Shown in pieces: positions 1 through 12,436 of a stretch of DNA of 54,795 bases (positions within the stretch are counted from its first letter, which is position 1; each line of letters begins with the position of its first letter). This DNA comes from Balanoglossus misakiensis. Lineage: Eukaryota > Animalia > Hemichordata. The stretch is taken from assembly GCA_040954595.2 (NCBI GenBank), contig CM082591.2:9048717-9103511 (forward strand), in the 5' to 3' direction. Made by a program: the position numbers and the translations under genes. The notes beneath the pieces are model-generated. The model was not told where the DNA came from. It saw only the letters and a program-made list of their open reading frames with translations, and searched no databases.

Positions 1-340
1 ACATACCTACAAACAAACAACAAACCTCCATCATCATCATCACTTCCAGCATCTTCATCATCATTTTCATCATCATCTTCATCATCATCATCATCATCTT
101 CATCATCATCATCAACAATCATCATTATCATCATCACCTTACCTCCATACATACCTACAAACAAACAAACAAACCTCCATCGTCATCATCATCATCATCA
201 TCATCATCATCTTCATTATCACAATCATCATCATCACAATCATCATCATCATTATCATTACAAATCATATCATCATCATCACAATCATCATCGTCAACCA
301 ACCTCCATACATACAAACAAGCGCCCTCCAAACACACAAA
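1..340 (-). repeat. Composite (GAT)n/GTTT satellite, reverse orientation (reads (CAT)n on + strand)
   Basis: Degenerate CAT/CTT triplets interrupted by ACCTTACCTCCATACATACCTACAAACAAACAAAC, the reverse complement of the spacer motif in the 50820-54795 array. It runs off the window start. Confidence 0.95.
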
Positions 341-369
341 CTACCACACTCCTACAGACTGCCATATTT

Positions 370-620
370 CATACCCACTACAATAATTCTACATTTAGAT
401 TCCATACGAATCTAAATTTAGAATGTTTTCAATTTTATCTTCACAGAAATATCTACAAGAACAAGGTTTTAAAGAAACTGGGTAAAGTTGACAGCGAGCT
501 TTGTAACTTCTGTTCTGAATACCCTGATTCTATATTACATCGATGATGGTTTTGCTCAGTTGTTAAAGCTTTTTGGAGGGAATATTGTATTTATTTGATG
601 ATTTTAACATTGATATACAA
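370..620 (+). pseudogene. L1/Tx1-type LINE ORF2 C-terminal zf-RVT fragment
   Basis: Translates to ..FQFYLHRNIYKNKVLKKLGKVDSELCNFCSEYPDSILHR*WFCSVVKAFW, the CxxC..H..C zinc motif of LINE ORF2 ends, with a stop. Mirrored at 50530-50790. Confidence 0.75.
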
Positions 621-2885
621 CTTGAGGCCAAACAAAAAAGTATGTGCTCTTCCTATTACATGGTTTACAGAAATAGGGTAGGTGGCATAGGAAGTTTTTT
701 TTACTGTGCAATATTGTTATATCTTTGGCCACCGTAGTGTAGAAGAATGACGTCATAGTCGTTGTGCATTTCGCAAAAATTTCCTTTTTTTTGCATTTGA
801 CATTGTTATTTTTACTTCCAGTTTACGAAGCTCTAAAAAGTTTAGGATCAGCGGGCTAAAATTAGTATAGATATGGTACATCTACTTATTCTTGCCAAAA
901 ATATATATGTTAGTCATTTTAAAAACCCTCAGAGACTTGTATGACACAATTACATGAACATGGTAACAGAAGTCGAATATTGTATTGCATTGAAAAATGG
1001 AACACTTGAGAAACACCAGTGTTAATGCATCTGTTAAACGGATTTCAACTCCGTAGCCCTTGCTTTCTTTTCGTCCTAATCTTTTTCGTGTACTGTAGTT
1101 TTTTTATCTGTTTTATGTACTTGTTTTGTTTTGCATTATTAAATATATTATTAAAAAATTCCGTTGTTGATGAATGTTGTCTTGTTTTCATTGACGGGTT
1201 CTGAACAATTTAGGTAGTCGACGTCTTGTATCTAGCCATTTTCTGTCCGCTTTGCTTCCAAAACTACGTCTATCGTCATGCATGTCACTGGCCCTGCCTC
1301 ATACCCCTCAAGTATTTCGGGCAATATTTACAGCTTGCATGTAGCTACAGTTGCCCAAATGTTTCTTATATCTTCATTATGTAGTATTCCATGATAAATG
1401 TACGGGAAAAATGGGCAATTTTCGATGATGAAAAAGGGATAAGCATGAGAAAAACAGGGGCTTTAAGGAAATGCATTATACTGTGTGTGTGTGTCTCCGT
1501 TGATATGCGTCACATTTATCGGCCCGTTAAAATAATACTCTGATGAAGTTTTTGGTTAGACTGAAAATAATTTTACTTTCCAAACAATATAAGCTCAGTC
1601 ATACAATACAGTCATACATTCGGAGATCACAAACGCAGCTTGTCTAGCTGCAGATGGGAAGTGTAGGCAGAAATCTGAAAAAATATAACACTTCAATTTA
1701 TGATCATCTCTAATGTGATAATTTCATTGGTCGACTTTTCAAATACAGTGATATTTTTCATATGTTGAAAATATCTGAATAGCTCTATCAAAACCTGTTG
1801 TGAAAATTTAAAAAAACGACCATTTTGCAAGTGTTTACTCAAAATTCTACATATATTATAATTAAAAATGGGGATAAAGCGGGACCACGAAACCAGGTTG
1901 CAGGACAACTAAATTATTTTATTTACTGATATGGGGACAGAGTAGATTCAAAATGGATATACTCACCCCTGCTCGAAATGTGAAGAGACTCTTGGCTCTC
2001 TGTGAAAGCTAACAACAAACGCATCAACATGCATTAATTATGATACTACTGGGGAGTTAATGATAACCTTGCATCAAGGAGAGAAGTCCACAGTGGAGGT
2101 TAATCAACCCCTACCCCGTGTGTCATTTTTTCATCAGAAAATGGTGAATGTAATATTGATTACCATAACCAAATCTCTTTAGCCTATGGATTGGCAGCTT
2201 TTCGAAAAGACCGTAAATGAGTTGTTTTTTTCATGATCAATTCGGGGGGGGGGGAGTATTCGTGGGTCGACAACACGTCAAAGGAAATTATTGTAATGCC
2301 CAGCCTTTGAAAAATACGGGTCCTGATAATATTGTTGCAGCTTCTCGTGTAAGTGGTACTGTAACATTGAACAACAAAATACCAGCTTTATGTTCTATTA
2401 TTCATGAGAAGATGACCGATATCCTTGTAGTAACGGAATCTTGGCTGAGTGACTCAAAACAGCATTTAACTATGAATGAACTTCGCTCATCGTTGATTGG
2501 TTATAATATCTACAACTCTCCCGGTGCATCTCGTAGAGGTGGCGGAGTGGCAGTAATTGTGCGGATAAATCTAACCACCAATGTTTCAACAAACTATAGT
2601 TTCTCATCTTTTGAATAAAAGATTTACGTATTCAAGTAAAGTCTGAAATGATCCACATGATAGTTGTTTATCGTCCACCACAGTCAAGGAAAAATGGTTC
2701 AACACCCAAAGCATTCTTCAGCGAATTCACATCGTTACTGGAGTGCGTTGTCGTTTCGCCTGGAAAATTACTTATATTTGGTGATTTCAACTTTCACATG
2801 GAAGATAGATAGATAGATAGATAGTTTATTTCACCAGATAGATGCATTTGACGTAACTGGTGCGGACCAGGGAAGTAGTTCTAGT

Positions 2886-3410
2886 AGTCCTGTTTCAAAA
2901 TGACCTACATTACAGGTCCTATGCACATGTATTACATGTTGTGATTGGTTTATCCGCTTCTCTAAGGTCCACTTGCGGCACGCTGATTGGAGGGACCTTA
3001 TAGGTTAGGTCTTATTACTATGTATTATTCACTGGACCTTATAGGTTAGGTCTTATTATTATGCATTATTCACTTTACAGCTCCTTGATTGGTTAATGTG
3101 TAGGTCTGGTCCTCCAGTGTTCACTGCCTCATTATACAGGACCTTATAGGTTAGGTCTTATTAATATGTATTTATTCACCATACAGCTCCCTGATTGGTT
3201 AACGTGTTAGTCTGGTCCCCCATGTGTTCACTGCCTCATTATACAGGACTTGTAGGTTAGGTCTTATTAATATGTATTTATTCACCATACAGCTCCCTGA
3301 TTGGTTAACGTGTTAGTCTGGTCCCCCATGTGTCTATGTATTATTCACTTTTCAGCTCCCTGATTGGTTTATGCCTAGGTCTCCAGTTTTCACTGCCACG
3401 TTATACAGTT
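2886..3410 (+). repeat. Left long imperfect terminal inverted repeat with internal tandem motifs
   Basis: GGACCTTATAGGTTAGGTCTTATTA..ATTCAC recurs about 4 times (near 2993, 3034, 3139, 3246), including ~107 bp units with CTGATTGG. Inverted counterpart at ~8755-9244. Confidence 0.85.
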
Positions 3411-4487
3411 GAAGTGATTTCCGCGGCTCGACATAAATTTACAACGAAACATGCCAGACAAATTTTCATGCGTTGAATTTTCATGCTTAATACTTGTCTC
3501 TGTCCCTTAATGCATTACAAGGCATGTTGGCTTGTTGTTTCCTATTGCTGCTTACGTACAAATTACACGTTTTTTTATTTGACTGGCGCATTGGCTGCAT
3601 GGACAGTGAGGGCTGTGAATGACAAGGAGGAACAATAGAGCTTCAAGGAAACATGTGGGGCTTATTATATAATTCAGTAAGCAGTTTACCATTTTCCAAC
3701 ACTCGAAAATTGCGGCGGTGTGAGAACAGATGTTCGCAGTCAACTGACCGGTTAGTGCCAGCCCTCAGTATTCAGTGATTGGCAACGGTCTCAACATTAC
3801 TGATTTTCAAGACCCGAGTGCTGTACTCAGTGCGTTTGTGTACGTGACCTGATTTGAATGCATGCGAAACGGTGCCCTAACTGTGATCGTTGTTAACATT
3901 TGAATTCTTTAACCAAAATTGGCCAATTTCATCGTGACAAATGCTGAAATTTATATTTTAAAAGCATTTATTTTAATTTGGAAAATATTTTTGGAATATG
4001 CAGCCATTATTTTTTTACTCCGGGTATTTTACTCCCAATTTATACTGAAAAAAATATTTCCGTGATTTTCATTTAAATATTACGTCCTCAAATGGCAAAT
4101 TTGTCCTATCTTGCACCTTCCCGATTTTTGTAAAAATCACTCAATTTACAATATTCAGCCCAACTTTTCTACAAAGTTAGCCAACGCTCTGAAATTTACA
4201 CTAAATTCTCCTTACTAGAGAGGTACGAAAATTACACAGACTATATGATTCGTATTGTCATTAACTTTATTATGACAAGTCAAAAATGTGATTTAATCCC
4301 AAAAAATCTGAATGCATATCAAAAAACGGTAAACAAAATCTCTTAGTGTAACCTCTGCCACGTGTGTTATACACACTACATACAATTGGCTCGAAATGTT
4401 CAGAATGTCTCAGATGTTCAGAATAAAAGACCTTAATGTTAAAAATACAATCAATAATTATGTCTCATTGCCGTCGGCGAACAGATA

Positions 4488-5639
4488 CTACCTTAAGTTA
4501 TGATACAAGTTAATGTGTCTCTGTGCCAAGAATGTACATACTTCGACAATAACTGGCATAAACCAACGAGGATGGCGATATATTTCGCTAGTTACTCGAT
4601 ATGTTTTGATATACTTAATGCTGTGTTCGACATTCACACGGGCTTGGTTGAACTCTCGATTAAAAACTCGCTTCTCCGCGCGAAATGGGCCTACGAGTTG
4701 ACGGGATGGGTACCTCGTTAGCAGTGGATATCTGTTTGGATAACCCTGATCAGCCAACAAGTAAGTTTCACGTGGAATCGGCAATTCTCCCTGTGGGCCT
4801 ATAGTAGGCAGTAGCTGGAATTGTGCTGCATCGTTAGCATGGCCAAGAAATCCAGATTGGATGTGAATAATGCTCCCCTGGTTGTCCACAATGACTTGAG
4901 TGCTCATGCAATGATATCTTGCATACCCACTGTAAAAGAGGTATTGGCCTTCAGATTCGGGTCGGTATATTTCATGGAGTGTTCCATCAATTGTACCGAT
5001 GGCATCCGGAAAGAAATCCCACTGACCTCGTAACTGATGGCAACGTTGCATCGTAGGCCATCGTACCATGCGGCGAAAGTAATGCCAAAGTAAAGGCAAA
5101 ATATGGTAAATTTCTCTCTTTGCAGTCCCTCTGCTTACTCCAAACCAAGCTGCCAATAAATCCAAAGTGGGGTAATGTCTTAACCAAACGAAAATCAACA
5201 AAAAACGATTTTGTGGGTCCAGAGAAAATGGTCGCCCGGAAGGTCCATTTCCGTTACCTCGATTACGGAGCCGCGGTTCCAGATCTCTAACAATGGCTTC
5301 AAATGACGGAACTGTCTCTCCTGTCAAACACCACAAGTAGCGTGGTCTTTGAGACAATGAGCTCCAGACGTCGATACCATGTGTGTCGTTATTACCGTTG
5401 TTGTCCGGGAAGAGTAGTCTGTAAATGTCCGGCGGTTGTTCCATTGGTGGACGCGAAACAGACAAAAGAAGTGTGAGAAGCAGCAGTAATACTTCTGTTT
5501 CACCAGACTGTGTTAGCATACGCAGTTCTTCTTCACAATAAATGGGAGGATGGATAGCCACAGAAATGAACTGCAAGGTAGCAAGTAAACTGAGAAGTTG
5601 CGAAATCATTAAGACAACGTGATTGCGTTCCAGTGGCAT
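4488..5639 (-). CDS. Harbinger-type (HARBI1-like) DDE transposase, 383 aa, intronless and uninterrupted
   Basis: HTH region (RFLLIFVWLRHYPTLDLLAAWFGVSRGTA), then AIGTIDGT, FYSGY, GHANDA, YLLADQGY, ARVNVEHSI. First ATG at 5639. Confidence 0.92.
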   Translation of the reverse strand: MPLERNHVVLMISQLLSLLATLQFISVAIHPPIYCEEELRMLTQSGETEVLLLLLTLLLSVSRPPMEQPPDIYRLLFPDNNGNNDTHGIDVWSSLSQRPRYLWCLTGETVPSFEAIVRDLEPRLRNRGNGNGPSGRPFSLDPQNRFLLIFVWLRHYPTLDLLAAWFGVSRGTAKREIYHILPLLWHYFRRMVRWPTMQRCHQLRGQWDFFPDAIGTIDGTLHEIYRPESEGQYLFYSGYARYHCMSTQVIVDNQGSIIHIQSGFLGHANDAAQFQLLPTIGPQGELPIPRETYLLADQGYPNRYPLLTRYPSRQLVGPFRAEKRVFNREFNQARVNVEHSIKYIKTYRVTSEIYRHPRWFMPVIVEVCTFLAQRHINLYHNLR

Positions 5640-6672
5640 TTTGATGTAGATTTTCAACTGGAGTGATTGTAGTCCGATGAGTCAGTATTTATACATGAAA
5701 GTTTTCGATAGAACAGGTGTGTCAACTTTTCCTACCAATCAAAACCGTGAAATTAGTTAGACGTCAATTACAGGTGCTTTAGGGCCAAAATGATAATTGC
5801 TTCTACCGGAAATATAACTTCGTAGGTTTCAAACTGAGTCCACACATTCTGTGGAGTTGAATAATGCAGTGTGAATTTAAAACAAATGCAAATCACAGGA
5901 AATATCATGAGAATGTCACGTGTCTACTAGACAAAAACTTTAATCATGCAAGTACACTGGCGTAGCTGAAACCAGCTAGATTTTATGCAAAAGTCTGCAT
6001 TTGAGTAATTTCGTTGCACTGTGGGAACTGCTCATGGTCGACAAATACTTGTCAATAGGATTGTACGTAAAAAGATGGAACTTACCACTGTAATTTAAAA
6101 TTTATCTCGAAAAAACTATTCTGATAAAATAAATAAAATAAAAACTTTGCCACCGTGCTTAATTTTTTACAGAGATCTCTTCAGAAGATTCCAACCCTAA
6201 AGATCCACTGAAGAAACGTGATGACCGAACAATTTTGCTACGCAATATTTCCTATTAAATTTTGTTTTCTAAATTTGCAGAGTTGTTCTGTTCTCCACAA
6301 AACACCTTGACAAAAAGGGAAATCAGCTTTCAGTAAAAATGGCACTGATATTTCATACTGTGAAGCCCTAAGTGAGTTTTACCATGGTAATACCAGCGAA
6401 AATTTGTCACGAGTTAAGAAAATGTATGAGTGGTAAAAGTGAAAGTATTGACAATTCTCCAAATATTCGGTTTTGGGATTCTTCATTGTCAACGTTATCA
6501 AAATCTGAAATAAAATACGAGAGTCACCGCGCTCATTTGTGAGACACAAGACCATGCATTGTAACTCCGAGAAAAAAACCTGAGTCAGCATTTCGTCACT
6601 AAGAGATCAGTCTATTCATTTTGTCTCCAAATTAAGTGCGTCGACTATACACATTTATTTCATCACACATCT

Positions 6673-6673
<1 letters not shown>

Positions 6674-6721
<48 letters not shown>
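6674..6721 (+). repeat. (GAT)n microsatellite
   Basis: Pure GAT run of about 16 units. Confidence 0.95.
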
Positions 6722-6722
<1 letters not shown>

Positions 6723-6992
6723 ACATAATACGAGTCTTTCATTATGCTCTTATGATAGTATTGATGACCTTCTATATCTGGTTACGTTCATAAAGGCCAA
6801 CACAATCACCATGTTTGAAGATCTCCTGAGGATTTGCATTACAAAGATCACTGCAAACGTGAAGCGTTTTCTACAGTTTAGTTTTGATTGGTCAATTCCT
6901 ATTGTAAAGTCAAAGTTAAACAGGTGCTCGTAGTCCAAAGATCACGGTGGTCATCTCTCAATGTAAAACTTTTGTCTTTCTCAACAACCAAC

Positions 6993-8077
6993 ATGGCTGC
7001 AACACCACGTGTAGCACGCGTTCCTGTAACAGAAGCCGAAATCGGACTAGTTTCTGCCGGAATGCGAGTCCATAAAACTGATTATGACGCCATCGTCCGT
7101 TTTATCAGGCTACCCCCTCGCTTGATACAAAGTGGTTTGCCAGAAGAAACCGTGAGGTTGTACACCAACGGTCTCATGCGACAACTACGGCGACGTGTTC
7201 GCAATATTGTGATAAGGCATGTAGCTGGGTGAGTTGTCAATTTTTATCGATTATTTCGAGAACTTGCCGTCAGTAATACTATAGCTAGTATGTACAAACA
7301 GAACGTTTTTTTGTTGCCGGCCGGCCTGATATATTTTCTAGGGAATACATACAGACCAAAACCGTTGATAAAATAGTGGTGGCAATTGCGTTTGATTTCA
7401 AATTTCCCACTAATCCGTCGTCATTTCGCGGGATTTTCTATATAATGGCAAAAATAACATGTAGGATCAGACAGTGTTTAAAATAAGATTACAATGTAGT
7501 AGTGTTACTGGCTACACATTTTTCGTGGCCTGAGTAGTACCTTTGTTCTCTCACATCCAGAAACTGATGTTGTTCGGTTTTTTATCATTACAGTGCTCGT
7601 CAAATGAGAGAGCAAGAGATGCGCTATGCGGCCCTAGCTCCCCCTGATGAGAGAAGAGCCAGACAGCAAGGAGGCCACCCGCAGTTGTTGGCAGCTGCTG
7701 TACCACCCATGCCAGGGGTGGTTCAGGCTGAGGCTGGTGGACAGGCAATTCAGCCGCCTGTTCCGGTTGTGCCACCAGTGCCGGAAAGACAGGCCCCTGG
7801 ACCTGTTCCTATGATGGCTCCAGATCTACCCCCGGTATATGCATTTGAGCCTGTGCCCGAACCAGCAGAAGACCATGCTGCGGACGCAAGGGACATCCCC
7901 TTACCAGAAGAACCCCTTCCCGATGGGCAACCACGACAGGGTAGAGTTCGGCTATACCATCTTGTCCGAGAAGCCCACGAGTTGTATATTAATTTTTTAA
8001 GGAACGACCTACCGGATACCATAGCTAGTATCAACCGCACGTTGGACAGATTGAACGATCATTTAGATGGACTTTGA
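6993..8077 (+). CDS. Two-exon Myb/SANT-like accessory protein of the transposon (~239 aa; exons 6993-7228, 7594-8077)
   Basis: ATG in CAACATGG context. VTEAEIGLVSAGMRVHKTDYDAIVRFI resembles a SANT helix 1-2. Donor GG|GTGAGT (7229) and acceptor TTACAG| (7593) join in frame (..HVAG-ARQMREQE..). Pro-rich middle and C-terminal coiled coil. Confidence 0.75.
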
Positions 8078-8754
8078 ACATTTTTTTTACTAATATAAGT
8101 ATTTCAGTTCATTTTTGGTATAATACTACCAGTAATTTTTATTATACACCTACTTCTCATTATTATTATTACTATTATTATTATTATTATTATGATGATG
8201 ATTATTAAAGTAATTGTGTTTTGACGAAGATGTTGTGATAAGGAGCATGTTGTTCGTAGACATTCGTATTGCTTTCATAAAAAAATTGGCAACTATGTGC
8301 AGCTTCGTGAAAGAAGAAAAATTAAAAAGTAATCATACCCGTAAAGCAACTAACGAGGCGTCCCAAAGCAATGCAATGCTATTCTACACATTTCTATTCT
8401 AAGATTTATTTGGTTTGCTCGAATGAATTGCACAGCCTAAGCTTCGTATTCAGCCAGGTGCTACACGAAGTGACGCGCTGAAAGGCATTACGTAACAAAA
8501 CACTAGCCCATGTCAACAAACCGCCACTGGAAATAAAATACAAAATTTCTCATGGCAATATTTTTTGTCGAGTATTCTAGTTCACAGTATCACATAAAAT
8601 GCCATGAATAGTGAAGGAACTCTGAAACAAGGTGAAATCCAAACATTATATGAGTGCCTTTCTTTATACACTGGGATCGAGATTCCACCACGCACAGGCA
8701 GCATGTGGCCAGACAGAATACAAAAACTGTATTCAGAAAGTACATGGGGCTTTG

Positions 8755-9244
8755 CATAACGAGGCAGTGAAAACTGGAGTCCTACACATTAACCAATCAG
8801 GGAGCGGTAAAGTGAATAAATACATAGTAATAAGACCTAACCTATAAGGTCTAGTGAATAAATACATATTAATAAGATCTAACCTACAAGGTCCTGTCTA
8901 ATGAGGCAGTGAACACATGGGGGACCAGACTAACACGTTAACCAATCAGGGAGATGTATGGTGAATAAATACATATTAATAAGACCTAACCTACAAGGTC
9001 CTGCATAATGAGGCAGTGAACACTGGAGGACCAGACCTACACATTAACCAATCAGGGAGCTCTAAAGTGAATAATGCATAGTAATAAGACCTAAGCTACA
9101 AGGTCTAGTGAATAATACATAGTAATAAGACCTAACCTACAAGGTCCCTCCAATCAGCGAGCCGCAAGTGGACCTAAGATTACCAGATGGACCAATCACA
9201 GATGTAGGTACATATGTCATGGACCTGACTTATGAAACAGGACT
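8755..9244 (-). repeat. Right long imperfect terminal inverted repeat with internal tandem motifs
   Basis: TAATAAGACCTAACCTA(T/C)AAGGTC recurs about 5 times. Reverse complement of the 2886-3410 motifs. Confidence 0.85.
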
Positions 9245-12200
9245 AGTGGAACTCTAATCGTGTCCCTGGCCCTAAATACATACAAATCATTGAGACAATT
9301 AATATAATTGCCAATTCATATCACAAAGCAATAGTTGGTAGTCAAACAACGTCGTGACGAAGTAAATAGGTTTATAATCTATGCTCAACAGATACAGTTT
9401 CAGAGAGCTTTTAAATAAATTCCTTGATTGAATTGATTTTATTTGTGTAGGAATTTCATTCCAATGCTTGGTAATAGAATAGTATAAATTATTTTGAGAT
9501 GAAGTAAGTTTTACTTTGGGAAGCGTAAACTTATCAGAAGAGGCAAATCTTGTAAAATATTTGTGTGATACAAATGAAGCATAGCGATCTAGTGAGTGGG
9601 CATAATGCCCTGCCTTTAGATCACACGCAAAGACACAAGTTTGAAATTTACAGAGTTTATAAACATTAAGAATTCCAGGTAGCTGAAAAAGTGGTGCACT
9701 ATGTGTATTAGGGCTAGAAAATGTTATAAGTCTCACAAGTCTGTTTTGCAATTTGAAAATACAATCTAAATAGGTTTTATACGCATTTCCCCATATTTCA
9801 ATACAATACATTATATGGGGAAGGATGAGACAATTGTATAATAATAAAATTATAGACTTAGGGAGATAATGGCGTACATATGAAATAATACCGATTTTTT
9901 GGCGAACCTTCTTAAAAATAATGTTGATGTGAGCCTTCCAGGATAATGATGAGTCAAGAGTAACTCCAAGATAAACAGCAGATAAAACATTTTGTATTGG
10001 TAAATCAGAGAGATATAAATCCCCTTCAGGCTTAAACTTCGCCTGGGCTGTTTTGAAAATAACATAGTTTGTTTTGTCAATATTAATAGTAAGTTTATTT
10101 GACTTACACCAGGTCTGTACTTTAGTAAGCTCAACATTCAGAGTGGCAAGATCGATTTTGTCCTGCTTATCTGAACAAAATAAATTGGTATCGTCAGCAA
10201 ATAACCTGAATTGAAAATAGTCTGCGGACCTGCAGATATCATTTATATATACTAGAAAAAGAAGTGGACCTAGAATTGATCCCTGTGAAATCCCACAGGA
10301 GGTCCTTTTCGCTTTTGAAGTACAATTATTGACCTTGACATACTGCTGTCGGTCTTCTATATTAGTCTTAAGTGTGGATCCCCTAATCCCATAGTGGCAT
10401 AGCTTAGCTAACAAAATTGTGTGGAGATCTGCTAAAGCTAACTTAGTACTATATTTTGCGAAATCCATATTGGCTGTTTGTGAGAATATCAATTTTTTCA
10501 AAAAGAGAACACAGTTGCTTATTTACAATAGACTCGTACAGCTTACTAAAGATTGGCAAGACAGAGATAGGTCTGTAATTTCCTATTTCATGAACACAAC
10601 CCTTTTTAAAAATTGGTGTTACTCTTGCCATTTTCAGTTTCTCTGGAAAAATACCCTGTGACAAGGAAATATTAACAATATGAGCAAATGGTTCTGTAAT
10701 ATAATCAGCTGCTTCCTTTACAAGTTTTGGATATATTTCATCAAAACCAGCAGCTTAATAATGGTCTAATAAATTAATTTCTCTGAGTATATCACCAGAA
10801 TGCACAGGATGGAAAAAGAAAGAATTAAATGATTAATACCAAGGTAATCATTGAAAATAGCGCTACAATGTATTTGTGAAGCTAGATTTTGTCCAATGTT
10901 GACAAAAAAAATTAAAAGCGTCAACTATATCAATATTTTTAGTAACAAAATTCCCAGGGTTTTTGTCATCTTTTATTTTTTGTGGAGCATTAACCTTTGA
11001 ACTTTTGTTCAAGATTTCACTGATGACTTGCCATTTTTTGTTGTCCTTCCCAGAGGCTACAGACAGTTGCAAGATGATACTAATCTTGATGTAATCAAGT
11101 TTAAAAAACGTTTAGTATCATTGGATCTCGTCCAGCCTGTAACCTGCCCGACGCATGAAAGGAGTCACACACTTGATCTGGTTATATCACATTCATCGCA
11201 AAATCTCGTTAAGGATTTTGAATTGGACAGTAGCCTACCATCGGATCATAGTTTGGTTAATTTTGCATTTCGTTTGACTAGACCTCACACCAGGAAGATC
11301 AAAGCTGTTAGTCGGAAAATAACTAATATTGACTGCAATCAAGTGATGTCATGTATGAGTGACAATCCTCTCTCTACACTGGAAGGCGCATCTGTGGATA
11401 TGTTGCTTCAGGATTATACTATCACTTTGTCCAGGGTATTTGATACTGTCGCCCCACCAACAACGAAAGTTGTCAACGACAAACCACGTGCACCTTGGTT
11501 CTGTGGCAAAATTCGTGATCATCAAAAGGAAGTCAGAAAATTACAACGTCACTATCTGGAATGTAAATCCCCTGGAGATAAATAAACAAATCTTCCAAGC
11601 TAAACGCTCTGCTCATAATCTACTCGTCAACAACACCAGATCTGCCTACTATCGTTCAAAGATTGAAAACTCTGATCAACGTAAGTTATTCTCTATCATC
11701 GACGATATCATGGGTGAGAAATCATCATCAGCCCTGATTCTGCCACGTCATTGCGACCCCAAGCTTCTGGCTGAAGAGTTTTCGGACTTTTTCTTGAAGA
11801 AAGTGATGAAGATCAGAGAGTTACTGGATTCCACAAGTGGGGTACAAGAATTTTATGACTGGGGTCCAACATTTAATAATTTCATGTGTTTCAGAGCAAT
11901 ATGTCTCTTAGTTAATCAAATCAATGAATTCCAAATCTTGTAAACATGACCCAATCCCGACTTCTTTGCTGAAAATGTGCCTTCCATATATCAACACGTA
12001 TCACAGACATAGTAAATAAGTCATTTATTTCTGGTGTTTTTCCGCAGTGTCTAAAACATGCCATAGTTAGAACTTCACTGAAGATGCATGGATTGGATCA
12101 AGATAAATTGAAAAACTTTCGACCTGTATCAAATCTTCGTTTATTGGTAAAGTCATTGAAAGGATAGCAGTAGATCAACTACATCATCATTTAACAAGGT

Positions 12201-12436
12201 CTCAGCTGTATTGCAAATTTCAATCTGCTTATCGAGAATTCCATAGCACATAAACGGCTTTGCTAAAGGTACATAACGACATTGTAATTTCTATTGATAG
12301 TCATTCAGAAGTGATTCTTGTTCTTTTAGACTTGAGTGCTGCGTTTGATACCATTGACCATGACATTCTTTTGAGGAGGTTGGAGACTCGCTTTGGCGTC
12401 AAAGAACAAGTACTGGAGTGGTTTGCGTCATACCTA

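Larger units (their letters stand above)
2886..9244. mobile_element. Apparently autonomous PIF/Harbinger-superfamily (PHIS) DNA transposon, 6359 bp, AGT target-site duplication
   Basis: Perfect 12 bp termini AGTCCTGTTTCA...TGAAACAGGACT. AGT at 2883-2885 and 9245-9247. A single AGT at the empty paralogous sites 14422-14424 and 48317-48319 (ACT). Encodes a DDE transposase and a Myb-like gene. Confidence 0.95.
2807..11070 (-). mobile_element. LINE B copy 1 (5'-truncated CR1/L2-group RT element) inserted antisense in the LINE A endonuclease; interrupted by 2886-9244
   Basis: RT motifs GNYRPISVLP, QYGFRK, QGSILGPLLFLVYIND, LFADDT, YLGV. The 3' end has AATAAA followed by a (CTAT)n tail. AAGAT is repeated at both junctions (2802-2806, 11071-11075). 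Internal deletions remove the DLSKAFD region. Confidence 0.9.
2280..12436 (+). mobile_element. LINE A copy 1 (CR1/L2-group EN-RT retrotransposon, decayed), split into 2280-2806 and 11071-12436
   Basis: APE motifs [34 protein letters not shown] continue across the insertion as DTNLDVIKF..PTHERSHTLDLVI. Then KPRAPWF, and [17 protein letters not shown]. Multiple stops and frameshifts. Confidence 0.9.

Noticed and set aside
625-2260. Host gene or defined element upstream of LINE A
   Set aside because: Only short unconserved ORFs. A MITE-like start (GGCCAAACAAAAAA..TAGGGTAGG) is visible near 627 but no matching end or TSD could be identified.
5460-5640. Signal peptide or transmembrane segments at the transposase N-terminus
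   Set aside because: Leu-rich N-termini are common in Harbinger-type transposases, and the rest of the protein is a standard nuclear DDE enzyme. No other support.
9299-10501. 400 aa RT ORF as a functional or domesticated gene
   Set aside because: It is 5'-truncated, lacks the DLSKAFD motif region through internal deletion, and its paralogues carry frameshifts and stops.
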